Notes: generated from the sequence alone by a model not told the origin. 64,000 nucleotides of DNA from an uncultured virus (IMG/VR IMGVR_UViG_3300022753_000048) (IMGVR_UViG_3300022753_000048:1-64000); one strand, 5' to 3'. Counted from the stretch's first letter, positions 40,108-51,286 are shown. Numbers and translations: made by a program.

Positions 40108-40893
40108 ATGGACGTCATGACTAGAGTGCGCGAACATTATGAAGTTGCCAAGACACTTGTGCCAGAAGACCGCATTGTTGGCGTTTTTCTTTATGGTAGC
40201 CAGAACTATGGTATGGATAGCCCCAGCTCTGATGTTGACACAAAATGTCTGGTGATTCCTTCTTTTGAAGAGGTCGCGCTGAATAAGAAAGCTGTTAATT
40301 TTGAATATCACTTTGATAATGGTGAACATTTGAAAGTGATTGATATTCGAGAGTTTTTAAGACTTGTTAAGAAGCAGAATCCTAATGACCTTGAGATTCT
40401 TTTTACCAAGTATTGTGTGCGAAATAACACCTATGCCGGAATTTGGTATTATCTGTGGAGCCATCGAGAGGATGTGGCGCATTATCGTCCGCATAGAGCA
40501 ATCGATACAATGCGCCATATGGCAAATAAGGAATATTACAATGTCGAAAAGAAAGGCTTCAATACAAAAAGTCTTGCTTTAATCTTCCGCCTTACTAAAA
40601 TGGCGCAGGATTATTTACTTTGCAAGTTCTACGAAGATATTCTTGTATCAGACGAAGCTGACTTCTTAAAGAGAGTTAAATATGGTGAGTTTGTTGCGCC
40701 AGAAGATAAAGAAACTGGTATGCGTATGATGCGCGATAGCATTGAGGCTATTAATCTTTTAGTTGATAGGTATTTAGCCAAGACAGAAGACGTAATTAAT
40801 GAAAAAACTGGCGTACTAATTGATAAGATTTCAAAGGATTTTATGGCAGCAAGTCTTGATTATGAAATCATGGAGTATAGGAGTAAAAGATGA
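40108..40893 (+). CDS. Pol-beta superfamily nucleotidyltransferase (RlaP-like)
   Basis: GSQNYG...SDVD, KQNPN.LE.LF. Confidence 0.8.
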   Translation: MDVMTRVREHYEVAKTLVPEDRIVGVFLYGSQNYGMDSPSSDVDTKCLVIPSFEEVALNKKAVNFEYHFDNGEHLKVIDIREFLRLVKKQNPNDLEILFTKYCVRNNTYAGIWYYLWSHREDVAHYRPHRAIDTMRHMANKEYYNVEKKGFNTKSLALIFRLTKMAQDYLLCKFYEDILVSDEADFLKRVKYGEFVAPEDKETGMRMMRDSIEAINLLVDRYLAKTEDVINEKTGVLIDKISKDFMAASLDYEIMEYRSKR

Positions 40894-40994
40894 TTAAGCA
40901 TTTTTGATTATAAAAATATAACTGGTGACTTAAAAATATAAAGTCTGTTATGATTTTATTTACTTATATTCAGATTAAAATGGAGGTAAATAAA

Positions 40995-41774
40995 ATGGCC
41001 GGTAAACCGAAAGATATAAGTAATCAAGTTTTTGGATGGCTTACTGCTTTAAGACGTCTAGAAGAGAAAAAAGGTAGTTAGTATTTATGGGAATGTAAGT
41101 GTAGCTGTGGTAATATCGTAAAGATTCCAATTGGTTCTTTAACAAGTGGTAATACCAAATCTTGTGGTTGTAGAAAAAGTATAGGCTTAATTAATTTTAA
41201 TTATGAGTAGTCAGAAAATAACAAAATTTAGCCGGGGACCCGCTTTGGTAAACTTGTTGTAGTTGAAGACATTGGATTTAAATAGTAGATACCTGGGCAC
41301 AATCGTCGTTGGTATAAATGTCAATGTGATTGTGGTGAAACAAAAGAAGTAATGGGTAATTCTTTGAAACAAGGATAGACCTAGTCTTGTGGAAAATGCA
41401 TATCATCACTTGGCGAATATCAAATATAGCAAATATTAGATAGTAATAATATAAATTATTACTATGATAGCCCATTGCCAGAACTGGTTAAAGAAACTGG
41501 CAAAAGACTTCGTTTTGATTTTATTATCTACGATGATAAATTTGAAAATCCAGTTAGATTTATTGAATTCGATGGACGTCAACATTTTGTTGGACCAGAA
41601 GCTTGGTGGAGTAATAGTGATTCGTTAGAAGCTATTCAAGAAAGAGATAAAATAAAGAATGATTTTTGTGCAGACAAGGGTTATCCGCTTGTTCGTATAC
41701 CTTATACAAAATTAAATAAAATTACATTGGAAGATATTATGGGTGATAAGTATCTTCTGGAAAGGGTAAGGTGA
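40995..41774 (+). CDS. homing endonuclease with zinc-ribbon repeats and Vsr/DUF559-like domain (TAG=Gln)
   Basis: WECKCSCG...SCGC type repeat twice, then LRFDF, IEFDGRQH, D..KN.FC, LVRIPY. Confidence 0.85.
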
Positions 41775-41780
41775 TTGAGT

Positions 41781-42639
41781 GTGATTAAGAATTGTTTAAT
41801 CACAGGTTAGTGATACTCATGGCGGTGTAGCAACTATTAGCCGGATTGGTAATATTCAGCGGAATATGCCTGAATATAAACCAGAGGAAACCATGGTTGT
41901 AATTCTTGGTGATAGTGGTTTGAATTTTTGGTTGAATAATACTGATAAAAAATATAAAAAACTTCTTAATTCTATGGGTTATCATATTTATTGTGTCCGG
42001 GGCAACCATGAACAGCGGCCAGAACTTGTTAAAAATATGATTCAAATTGAAGATATAAATGTTGATAATGCTGTGTGGATGGAAGAGGTTTTCCCCAATA
42101 TTCGGTATTTTATTGATGGCAAAATTTATAACTTATGTGGTTACTCTACCTTGGTGGTTGGTGGCGCTTATTCTATCGACAAGTGGTATCGGCTTGCGCG
42201 GGCTGGTTATTCTCAGGATGAAGCAGATACTGCAGACCCAAAGAAATGTGGTTGGTTTAAGGATGAATGTCTAACTGTCGCAGAAATGAACGCTATTATG
42301 AAAGAAGTCCAGGGCGAATCCGTTGATTTTATTCTTTCTCACACTTGCCCACTCTCTTGGGAACCTACTGACTTGTTTCTCAATGGTATTGACCAGTCTA
42401 CCGTAGATAAATCTATGGAAATATGGCTTGATGAATTAAAAGATAAAGTCAATTGGAAATATTATTTATTTGGTCATTATCATGCAGACCGGATTGAGCG
42501 GCCTTATGTAGAACAATTTTATCAAGAATATGAAGATGTAGAAGCTATTATTGCTCGGTGGGACAAGTATGATAAAACTGGTGAATTAGATTGGTGGTTA
42601 TTTACAAGTCAAAACTTTTATATGGGAATTGAGGAGTAA
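41781..42639 (+). CDS. calcineurin-like metallophosphoesterase requiring a +1 shift at GGT-TAG-TGA (41805-41813)
   Basis: Frame 0 MIKNCLITG; +1 frame DTHGG...LGD...RGNHE...SHT...FGHYH. Confidence 0.75.
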
Positions 42640-42724
42640 ATATACTCCTCAATTTTGCTTTTTATGAAATTTTGTGTTATAATATATTTATAAATCAGAA
42701 GAGGAAGGAAATGGTGATTTTCTG

Positions 42725-43326
42725 ATGAAACATTATATGGGTTTTGCTATTCGCTTAAAGGAAGATGAAAGTGGTATTTTCTTTAAGCGAAAGAAAATAG
42801 AAGAAATTTTTTGTAAAGTAAGAGTTGGCGCAGATAGCTTTGCAGAAGCACAAGAAATGCTTTGTGATAAAATGCAAATGTATAAGATGCCAATTGCTTT
42901 TATTTTCCCTTATACTGAGGAGGATGTGGAATGAGATGGCTTACATCTATGAATAAAAAACGCCATCAGCGCGAAATAAATCGGCTTGTGCGTGAAACAA
43001 ATAAATCAATTGAGAAAGATGACCTTTGGCTTGGTCGTTTTTGTGTCAAACAGGTTGAATCACCTCAGTGGTACGTATATGAAGATAAGAGTGGCGCAGA
43101 ATACTTTGTTCATCTTAAATTTATTGATAAATGTACTGGGCGCTATTGGGTACAGGCAGAAACAGTCAATCATTGGCGAGGAAGTTTTGGTAATGGTTGG
43201 CGTATTTGGGATAGAATGAATTGGTTTATTGTGAATCATTTAGATGTTTGGAACGAGCCTTTAGCAAAAACTCGTAATTATGATGCTTGGCGTGAATATA
43301 ATAAGAATGTGAGGAAAGTAAAATGA
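42725..43326 (+). other. two hypothetical CDS (42725-42934, 42931-43326)
   Basis: Coupled ORFs after an early promoter. Confidence 0.65.
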
Positions 43327-43814
43327 GTCAGATGATTTGTTTGGCTGGTATGCCTGGAAGTGGAAAAACGACATGGGCGCTGGAGTTTATGGCGATGAAT
43401 CCAGACTTTTTATATATCAGTCCAGATGTGTATTATGAGCGCATTAATGGTGATGACCGTGACAGAAGTCATCCTTTTGAGATTTGGATGGCGATGTTTA
43501 GAGATATTCATATTGCCGAAATGAATGGGCGCGATGTTCTGATTGATAGTGATAATCTCACTTATGCTCAGAGAAATCAGTGGATTGAATGGTTCCCTAA
43601 CTTTGATGTACATCTTCTGTTGTTTATTGAGGAAGATTTCAACGTTTGTATGGATCGCGTCAGCAAGCGCAGACGTACTATTCCCGAAGTGACAATGCGC
43701 GAAAAGATGTATAAATGGGAGAATCCGCTTGAAGCTGGTGACTGCGCCGAATGGGATAGGGTTTGTCAGATTTGTTCTGATAAAAATAAAAATACAGTTT
43801 ATGTAGAACTGTAA
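43323..43814 (+). CDS. polynucleotide kinase-like P-loop (AAA_33) protein
   Basis: GMPGSGKTTW, ISPD, LIDSDN, R...RR. Confidence 0.8.
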   Translation: MSQMICLAGMPGSGKTTWALEFMAMNPDFLYISPDVYYERINGDDRDRSHPFEIWMAMFRDIHIAEMNGRDVLIDSDNLTYAQRNQWIEWFPNFDVHLLLFIEEDFNVCMDRVSKRRRTIPEVTMREKMYKWENPLEAGDCAEWDRVCQICSDKNKNTVYVEL

Positions 43815-43824
43815 GGAGAAACTA

Positions 43825-44378
43825 ATGGATAAAACGAAGTTAAAAAAGCGTATTCAAAATTTTGCCACAAACGTAGGTATGGCAACTGCAATGTTTTCCT
43901 TGGGTTTAACTTATTTACCTATTGTCATTCAAGGTGAAGGCTTTTGGGGCCTATTTGTTTGCGATGTGATATGTTTTTGTGGTGACTTGTTCTTTGCAAT
44001 TAAAGACTGGAAAGAAATTAAAAAGCTTTTAGAAGAGTCTGAATAAGACTCTTCTTTTTTGATTTTTCTTAAAATTTATGATATAATATATCTATAAATG
44101 AGAGGAGGAAATATTAAATGGATATTTTCTATTTCAGCGCCCGCTATATTTGTGAGGATGAAAAATATGAAGAGCGTGAGCAACATGGATTCCTTGTAGC
44201 GGAAGATTTTAACAAGGCAATGTTTTTAGTTGCTGATTATTTTAGGGCTGATTTGATTTCTGTAAAAATTACCTGCATTGGTGATACTTGTGGTTTAATC
44301 TCCACTGAAAACAAAGAAGTTGCCGAAGCATTTAAGAAATCTTATCTAAAGACTCATTATGGGGAGGACGAAGAATGA
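43825..44378 (+). other. two hypothetical CDS (43825-44046, 44118-44378)
   Basis: ORFs with RBS. Confidence 0.6.
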
Positions 44379-44941
44379 GAGTTCTAGTTGTTGTTGATGT
44401 GCAGAATGATTTTGTGAGTGGCTCTTTGGGTAGTGTTACTGCCCAGTCTATTATTCCTCATATGAAAAGCCGTATCAAAAATTACGCTGATGCTGGTGAT
44501 ACTCTGATTCTGTTTACTAAAGACACTCATGATGAAAATTACGATAAAACCATCGAAGGTGAGCATCTTCCCGTTTCTCATTGTGTTCGTGGCACCAAGG
44601 GATGGAGTCTTGTAAAGGAGATTTCTTCTCTGGCTGATGGTTACTGTAACTTCTTGCTTTACTCTGATAAAGAAGTTATTCACAGTCGTATCCTCAAAGA
44701 GACTTTTGGTTCTGTTAAGTTGGCTGAAGTTTTGAAGAAGTATGAAGAAGACATTACAGATATTACCTTTATGGGTTTCTGCACTGATATTTGCGTTATT
44801 TCTAATGTGTTACTGGTAAAGGCTTATATGCCCAACACTCGTATCATTGTTGATGCAAGCTGTTGCGCCGGCACCACTCTTGATAAGCATCTGGCCGCAC
44901 TTGAAGTTATGAAGAGCTGTCACATTGACGTAATTACTTAA
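44375..44941 (+). CDS. pncA: nicotinamidase / isochorismatase-family cysteine hydrolase
   Basis: VVDVQNDF, DTH, HC..GT.GW, K.TFGS, GFCTDICV. Confidence 0.85.
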   Translation: MRVLVVVDVQNDFVSGSLGSVTAQSIIPHMKSRIKNYADAGDTLILFTKDTHDENYDKTIEGEHLPVSHCVRGTKGWSLVKEISSLADGYCNFLLYSDKEVIHSRILKETFGSVKLAEVLKKYEEDITDITFMGFCTDICVISNVLLVKAYMPNTRIIVDASCCAGTTLDKHLAALEVMKSCHIDVIT

Positions 44942-44953
44942 TAGGAGGAACTC

Positions 44954-46724
44954 ATGGAGAAGTATTATCGTATTATTGCTTATACGCCTTTTTGTGGTGA
45001 AGAATTTACTGGCTACTGTGGAATCAAAGAAGGCGATGAAAGCAGACTCCATGAGTTCGCCGACCTTCTTATTGCAGAAAATGCGGAAGAACATATCCAA
45101 GACCATATAGATGATATAACTGACGAAGAAGCTCGTGAGGAATTTTATGAAGGTTGCGGCGCAAGATTCCAAGAGATTGACTATGATGTATACATGGAAG
45201 AAGCATTTGAAGATTATGAAAGAGAGGGAGATTGGATATAAGCGTAATTAAGCATTTTAGCAAAGATTTATATCCTCGTATTCAGGATGCAGTTTTAGAG
45301 ATTTTAGGTGAGCATATTGTTTCTGGCTTTGGTGGCGCAGAAAATTATACACCAATCTACGGAAGCAAGGCGTTAGACGATGTTTTGACCTTTCTTGCTT
45401 TCAACAATATTCAGCATCAATACATGAAACTGCCGGCTCCCGCTGGTGCCGATTGTGACGAACTTATTTCTGTTGTTTGGAATGAGCCTGGTGAGGTTGG
45501 TCATGAGGTCTGGTACTCACAAGGTGCCACAAAGCATGCTTATCGTATTAATATAACGGTCGTAGCAGAAACCAAAGAAGAAGTTGAAGATTGGGTCGTT
45601 ACCATGGATGGAATGGATATTAAGGATTGGAGCGTTGAAGAAATATGAAGTGGCTTGTTAAACTTGCCGATAACTGGGCAGATGAGATGGACATTGAAGG
45701 GTTTTCTATTATGTCTACTGGCCAGTTTACTCAATGGGCTAAGACTGTTGAAGAAGTAGCCAAGAAGATTGACGAGGGTCGTTCCTTTGAATGGTACATT
45801 GGTACTAATGAATGGATTGATTGGGAATCTGGCAAAGACTTCAAAGAAGCTTTTAGCTGTGAAGTGATTACCGATGAAGAAGCAAATATCCTAAAGCGCT
45901 TGCTGCTTGAGGGTTTTGATAAATATGGTCTTTTCCCTAGCGGCCAAGATATGACTTACTTTCTGGAGGATGAAGAATGATAACGCATAAATGTGTCCGA
46001 TGTGGGCGCAATGGCGCGAGAGTGGTGAGTAATGGAAAGTTCTTTTGCAGTGAGTGCGCAGAACTATTTGGCACTTGTGCAATGTGCGAGCATAGTCTTA
46101 AATGTGATTTTAGCACCAATCCTGCGCCTATTCCTCAGTTTGTAATGCAACATATTCGTCAGCAGACTCCTAATGGATATATGGAACAGATTAAAGAATC
46201 TCCCAATCCAGAGCGTATTAAGTTATGCTGTTTGGATAAGTGTATCTGTTGTAAGACTTGTGATGATGAAAAAGTTCGCTGTCTGCGCCAGTTTGGTGCT
46301 TGTGAGAATTACAAAGAATTTGAATTTTAAGGGTGTGTTTTTAAGAAACACACTCTTTTTATTTGAAATTTTTGAAATTTTGTGGTATAATATATCTATA
46401 AAGATGAGAGGAGAAAAGAAAATGATTACCGCTGATTTTGTTAATGAAGCTATCTCTAAAGTTGTAGAACGTTTTGAGGATGGAGACTATATTCGTAGAA
46501 CTTATCATGAAGTGATACAGGAAAATGATGAAGTAGGTCCCGAAGAAATTCATTTCTTTATTGAAGATGAAATTGATTTTCTACTCTCCGGCCTCAACGT
46601 TCTTCACAGTGTAGAAATCGTTGAAGCTTTTGAAAATCCTGGTATTGATATTTGGGTTGTATGTGTTGCCTTTGTGATTGACGGCGAGCTTTATCAGTAT
46701 AATCTGGTAGTTGAAAGACATTAA
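44954..46724 (+). other. run of five hypothetical CDS (44954, 45232, 45645, 45977 Cys-rich, 46422)
   Basis: Coupled ORFs with RBSs. Confidence 0.6.
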
Positions 46725-46736
46725 GGAGGAAAGTAA

Positions 46737-47879
46737 ATGTTACACGGTTATCAGAAGCCGCTGAGCGGCGAAAAAGTTGGAGTTGTTTTTGGTTCCTTTG
46801 CTCCTCTGCACCAGGGTCACCTGGACTGCATTATGCGCGCTAAGAAGGAAAACGATGGCGGCTGTATTGTTATTGTATGTGGTTTCCCTGGTGACAAGGG
46901 CGGCGAGATGATGCCTCTGAAGCGTAGATACCGTTATGTGCGTGAGTTCTTCGCTGACGATGACCTGGTTGCTGTTTATGCCATCGATGATGGAGAGATT
47001 GGCGCGAAGCCTTATCCCGATGGTTGGGAACAGTGGTTAGGCGAGTTCCACAAGATTTGGAAAAAGGCAGTAGTTGAGACCTACAATGACGATTATAGTC
47101 GTTATTTGGGGAAGAATTATCCTAAGCGTCACTGGTATGCAGGCGATCCCAACTATGTATCTGACCTCATTGAGCGCGGCGAAGAAGCAACTCTGCTTGA
47201 TCGAGTTGCTGACAATCCCATCTGCGCTACTATGATTCGTCAGAATCCCATCAAAAACTGGGACAAGATTACTTTTCCCTTCCGCCGTTTATTCAGCCAT
47301 AACATTCTAATTTGCGGTACTGCTTCCGAAGGCAAGTCTACTCTGACCACTGACCTCGGCAAGTATTTTAATGCTCCCTACAGCTATGAGTATGCTCGTG
47401 AATACATGAAGGACAGTTGTGTTATTGACTGGGAGCTGGACGGCGCAGATTATATGGCTTTCCTTGAAGGTCAGTACAATCTGAATCGAAAACTCATCAA
47501 TTCCCCTGGTAATCACGGTATCTTCTTCGCAGACAGTGACTCCATGGTAACTCGTATGTATGCTGAATATTATGCAAAGGACCCCATCTGCGCACTGACC
47601 GAGGAAGAGTTCAAGCAGGTTGCTAACATGGCAGATGCAATCACCGCAAAGTGCCGTTGGGATAAAATTTTCCTAATCGCGCCGCATGGTGTATTTGTGG
47701 ATGACCATGAGCGTTATATGGCTCATTCCGGTATGAAAGAGCGCATGGAACTGTATGAGATTTTGGTGAAGAACCTCAAGGAGTCTGGCAACTGGGATAA
47801 AGTAGTTATTCTGAATGGTGACTACTATGAGAACTTTATGACTGTTGTTAAGTATGTGCGAGAGGTGATGGCACGATGA
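46737..47879 (+). CDS. nadR: bifunctional NMN adenylyltransferase / ribosylnicotinamide kinase
   Basis: GSFAPLHQGH (HxGH), ICATMIR.NP..W, GTASEGKST, EYAREY. Confidence 0.9.
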   Translation: MLHGYQKPLSGEKVGVVFGSFAPLHQGHLDCIMRAKKENDGGCIVIVCGFPGDKGGEMMPLKRRYRYVREFFADDDLVAVYAIDDGEIGAKPYPDGWEQWLGEFHKIWKKAVVETYNDDYSRYLGKNYPKRHWYAGDPNYVSDLIERGEEATLLDRVADNPICATMIRQNPIKNWDKITFPFRRLFSHNILICGTASEGKSTLTTDLGKYFNAPYSYEYAREYMKDSCVIDWELDGADYMAFLEGQYNLNRKLINSPGNHGIFFADSDSMVTRMYAEYYAKDPICALTEEEFKQVANMADAITAKCRWDKIFLIAPHGVFVDDHERYMAHSGMKERMELYEILVKNLKESGNWDKVVILNGDYYENFMTVVKYVREVMAR

Positions 47880-48148
47880 TTGGTGCAAAGGAAGCTCGCG
47901 CCATGTATAGTAAGTGTATAGAGGAAATCAATATCAAAGTCGCGGCGGAAGCTTGGATGGAAGATAATTTAGACGAGAAAATACGTCAGTCCACTCAGAA
48001 TGGTTTTAGTTGTATTACCGTTGGAATTCCGCCTCTTTATGGTGCGTACTGTGCAAAAATCTTAAAAGACCTCGGTTATTATGTTCAGGCTCATGGCAAA
48101 CATTATGAGAATGACAAAGAAGTTTTGAAAGTTTATATAAGTTGGTGA
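47876..48148 (+). CDS. hypothetical protein (A.EAR...GY.V...I.W paralog family)
   Basis: Similar to 53435, 53697 and 53960. Confidence 0.65.
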   Translation: MIGAKEARAMYSKCIEEINIKVAAEAWMEDNLDEKIRQSTQNGFSCITVGIPPLYGAYCAKILKDLGYYVQAHGKHYENDKEVLKVYISW

Positions 48149-48159
48149 AGGAGTAAAAT

Positions 48160-48912
48160 ATGACTAAAACTTTTAATTATTTGAAGCGTGAGATGTGGGA
48201 TGGTTTCTCCCTGTATGAAAAGCTGTTTATGTGGGGCATGGTTCTGCTCCAGATTCTAGTTTATGTGGTCGCGCCGGATTCTTGGTATGGTGTGGTTGCT
48301 GGTATTGCCGGTTGTATTTCTGTGGTTTTGACTGCTAAGGGTCGATGGATGATGTATCCTATTGGTTTTATCCAGAACTTTACTTACACTGTGCTTGCTT
48401 TCCAGAATAAGTTCTATGGTGAAGTATTTGAACAGATGTTCTACATCGTGACCATGCTGTGGGGTATGTACGCTTGGGCCAAGAATATGACCGTAAATGA
48501 AGACGGCACCCAGGATGTTAAGACCCGGAAGTTTGGTTTGTTTGAATGGATTCTATCTATTATCACTACTGCTATTGGCACTTATCTGTTTGGCCGTGTT
48601 CTGATTTATATGGGTGCAGAGCAGGCTTATACTGATGCCGCCACCAATGTTATGGCTCTGTTCGCACAGATTATGATGGTTAAGCGTTATCGTGAGCAGT
48701 GGGTATGGTGGATTCTGATTGACCTTCTGTGCATCAAGATGTGGTTCGTTGCTGGTAACTGGTCTATGGTTGCTATGTATATCGCATGGACTGCTAACTG
48801 CATTTATGGTTGGATGAACTGGACTAAGCTGAATAAGAATGAGAATGAGAATACTCCTAAGCGTGGCCTGCGTAGAGAGATTCCCGGTATTATCGACGAA
48901 GCTATGAATTAA
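48160..48912 (+). CDS. pnuC: nicotinamide riboside transporter
   Basis: Multi-TM; G...W, DA.T, AQ.MM..RY.EQW.WW..D, YGW.NW. Confidence 0.9.
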   Translation: MTKTFNYLKREMWDGFSLYEKLFMWGMVLLQILVYVVAPDSWYGVVAGIAGCISVVLTAKGRWMMYPIGFIQNFTYTVLAFQNKFYGEVFEQMFYIVTMLWGMYAWAKNMTVNEDGTQDVKTRKFGLFEWILSIITTAIGTYLFGRVLIYMGAEQAYTDAATNVMALFAQIMMVKRYREQWVWWILIDLLCIKMWFVAGNWSMVAMYIAWTANCIYGWMNWTKLNKNENENTPKRGLRREIPGIIDEAMN

Positions 48913-48925
48913 AGGAGAATGATTT

Positions 48926-49393
48926 ATGACAATTGAAATGCTAGAGCAAGAGCGTAATCTTGCTCGTAAGAATGGTAATAGCGAGCGCCTTCTGGTTTTG
49001 AATGACATTATTGCAAAGGCTCGCGCAAAGGAAACTGCTGGCAAAAAGAAGATTGAGTTGACTGAGCAGCTTGTAAATGATACTCTTGTTGAGTATCGTA
49101 AGATGCTTAAGGATGGCATTAAGCAGATGCCTGAAGGCCATGCAGTTCGTATCATGTATGAAACTCAGATGGAAATTCTAAGTGAGTTTTGTCCTCCCGT
49201 CCTTGAAGATGAAGTTCAGATTGAGAATCTGATTACTAAAATTCTTTATATGGACAATATCGGCATTAGTCGCAAGAACAAGGGTCGAATGATGAAGGCT
49301 CTAATGCCCGCACTTCGCGCCAAATATGTGGACATGGACATCGCAATGCCAATCATCGACTTTATGATTTCTCAAGCAGAAGCGGCTAATTAA
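48926..49393 (+). CDS. GatB/YqeY domain protein
   Basis: ARK.G...RL.VL..I, EILSEF.P..L, KGRMMK.LMP. Confidence 0.75.
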   Translation: MTIEMLEQERNLARKNGNSERLLVLNDIIAKARAKETAGKKKIELTEQLVNDTLVEYRKMLKDGIKQMPEGHAVRIMYETQMEILSEFCPPVLEDEVQIENLITKILYMDNIGISRKNKGRMMKALMPALRAKYVDMDIAMPIIDFMISQAEAAN

Positions 49394-49453
49394 AATTTGA
49401 AAACCCGTCAAATTTATGGTATAATATACATATAAACTAAAAGGAGATTTCAA

Positions 49454-49981
49454 ATGGTTACTAATTTACAAATTATTGTGGGAGGACAGGAAATTAAAAT
49501 TCCCATTACTCTTACTCAAGAACAGATTGCTGAACTTTCAGCGGCTATGATTTCTGATAAGCCACGAACTGGTTGGGAGAAGCCACAGGATGGAGAGCCT
49601 TGTTATTACGAAGATGCTCTTGGACGAGTTCAGAAATTTACGGTTGATGAGCTTGGCAAGGCTCAGCTTGATCTGCTTTATGAAAAGGCGAATTGTTATT
49701 CAAGCGAATATGTTGCCAATGAAATGGCACGTGGAGATGCTCTGATTAGAAATCTACGTCGTTTTGCTGTCGAAAAGCGCAAAGAGCCAATCAATCGGCT
49801 TGAAGGCGGATACACAATTACTTATAATTATGTTGACCAGTGTCTTGAATACGGTGTTACCGGTAACTGGTTCGCGCTGGGTGACGTAGTTTTTGATAGC
49901 GAAGAAACTGTTCGTGAAGCAATGAATCTATATGCCGAAGAACTTATCTGGTATTTCACTGAAATGACAGACCATATCTAA
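49454..49981 (+). CDS. hypothetical protein
   Basis: Early promoter and RBS. Confidence 0.65.
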   Translation: MVTNLQIIVGGQEIKIPITLTQEQIAELSAAMISDKPRTGWEKPQDGEPCYYEDALGRVQKFTVDELGKAQLDLLYEKANCYSSEYVANEMARGDALIRNLRRFAVEKRKEPINRLEGGYTITYNYVDQCLEYGVTGNWFALGDVVFDSEETVREAMNLYAEELIWYFTEMTDHI

Positions 49982-50061
49982 GAGGGATTTTACAATCCCT
50001 CTTTTCTTTATTATTATGATTGAAATACCACTTTTATTTAGTAAATAAAAGGAGGGATATA

Positions 50062-50709
50062 ATGGCTGAAAATCCAATCCAAGGTTTTTAGACTGATACT
50101 GGAGTAGAGCAATATGATTATAATGCTTTGGCTAATAAGCCCACTCTTATAACTTAGACTGAAATTGATGCTGCCATAACTACAGCTAATAGATATACAG
50201 ATGAATAGATATCTAAAATAGATACAACTCCCACCGTTCAAATAGAATTGGATACAACCTTATCAGTATAGGGCAAAGCCGCAGATGCAAAAGCTGTTGG
50301 TGATGCCTTGGGGGAAAAGCTTGACACCACTGAACTTGATTCTGCTATAAATACTGCTTTGGCGCAAGCTAAGGCAAGCGGCGAATTTGATGGTAAAGAT
50401 GGAACTGATGGAACTAATGGAACCGATGGTAAGGACTATGTTTTAACTGATGCAGACAAAGCAGAAATTGCGGAGATGGCTGCTGAATTAGTTGATATAC
50501 CAGAATCTGGTGGTGGAGGTAGTGTTGATTTAACTGGTTATGCTACTGAACAATGGGTGCAAACAAATTACCAGCCAAAAGGTAATTATTTAACTACTGT
50601 TCCAGAAGGTTATGCTAAGACTGATGAGATTCCTACTGATGCTCATATTAACAGTTTAATTGATGCTAAACTTGCTTAGTTTACTAATGTAGCGGAGGTG
50701 GGCGCATAA
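50062..50709 (+). CDS. tail-fibre/collagen-like protein (TAG=Gln)
   Basis: YDYNALANKP, DTTLSV*GKAADAKAVG, GxDG repeats, DLTGYATE. Confidence 0.8.
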
Positions 50710-51191
50710 TGGCTTTGACTGAAATGGTTATGATGCCTGGCGTAGACTATCAAAACATTTGTGACGCTATTCGTGCAAAAAATGGTTAGACTGATTTAAT
50801 AAAATCAGGTGAGGCAGCGGATCTTATATTAAATCTACCCACGGGTGGAGATGGCCCTGAAATTTTTTCTGTTTACAAGACTGGAGAATATACTCCTACT
50901 GCAGATGCTTCTGGTTTAACTACTAAGATTACCCATGATTTAGGAGTAGAGCCAGATTTCTATTGTATTTATGCAAAACCTGGTTAGACAGTTGGCACTG
51001 GCTATTTAGTTTCCGCTTTGGGAATTAAAACTGGAACCACTGGTTAGGTTATGTATATTCACGGTACTACTGCCGCGAAAGGTTTGTATAGTACATCCTA
51101 TTTAACTTCTACTCAATTTAGTATGGGCGCATCATCTGGTAAGTATAAAGCTGGAGTTACTTACGTTTGGATAGTTGGAGTAACTAAATAA
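50709..51191 (+). CDS. virion-like hypothetical protein (TAG=Gln)
   Basis: ICDAIRAKNG*T...ITHDLGVEPD...GVTY.W; TAATG coupling. Confidence 0.75.
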
Positions 51192-51286
51192 TCAATGACC
51201 TCGAAGTATGGCTTCGAGGTCTTTTTATTTGAAATTTTTGAAATTTTGTGGTATAATATATCTATAAAGATGAGGGAGGAAAATAA

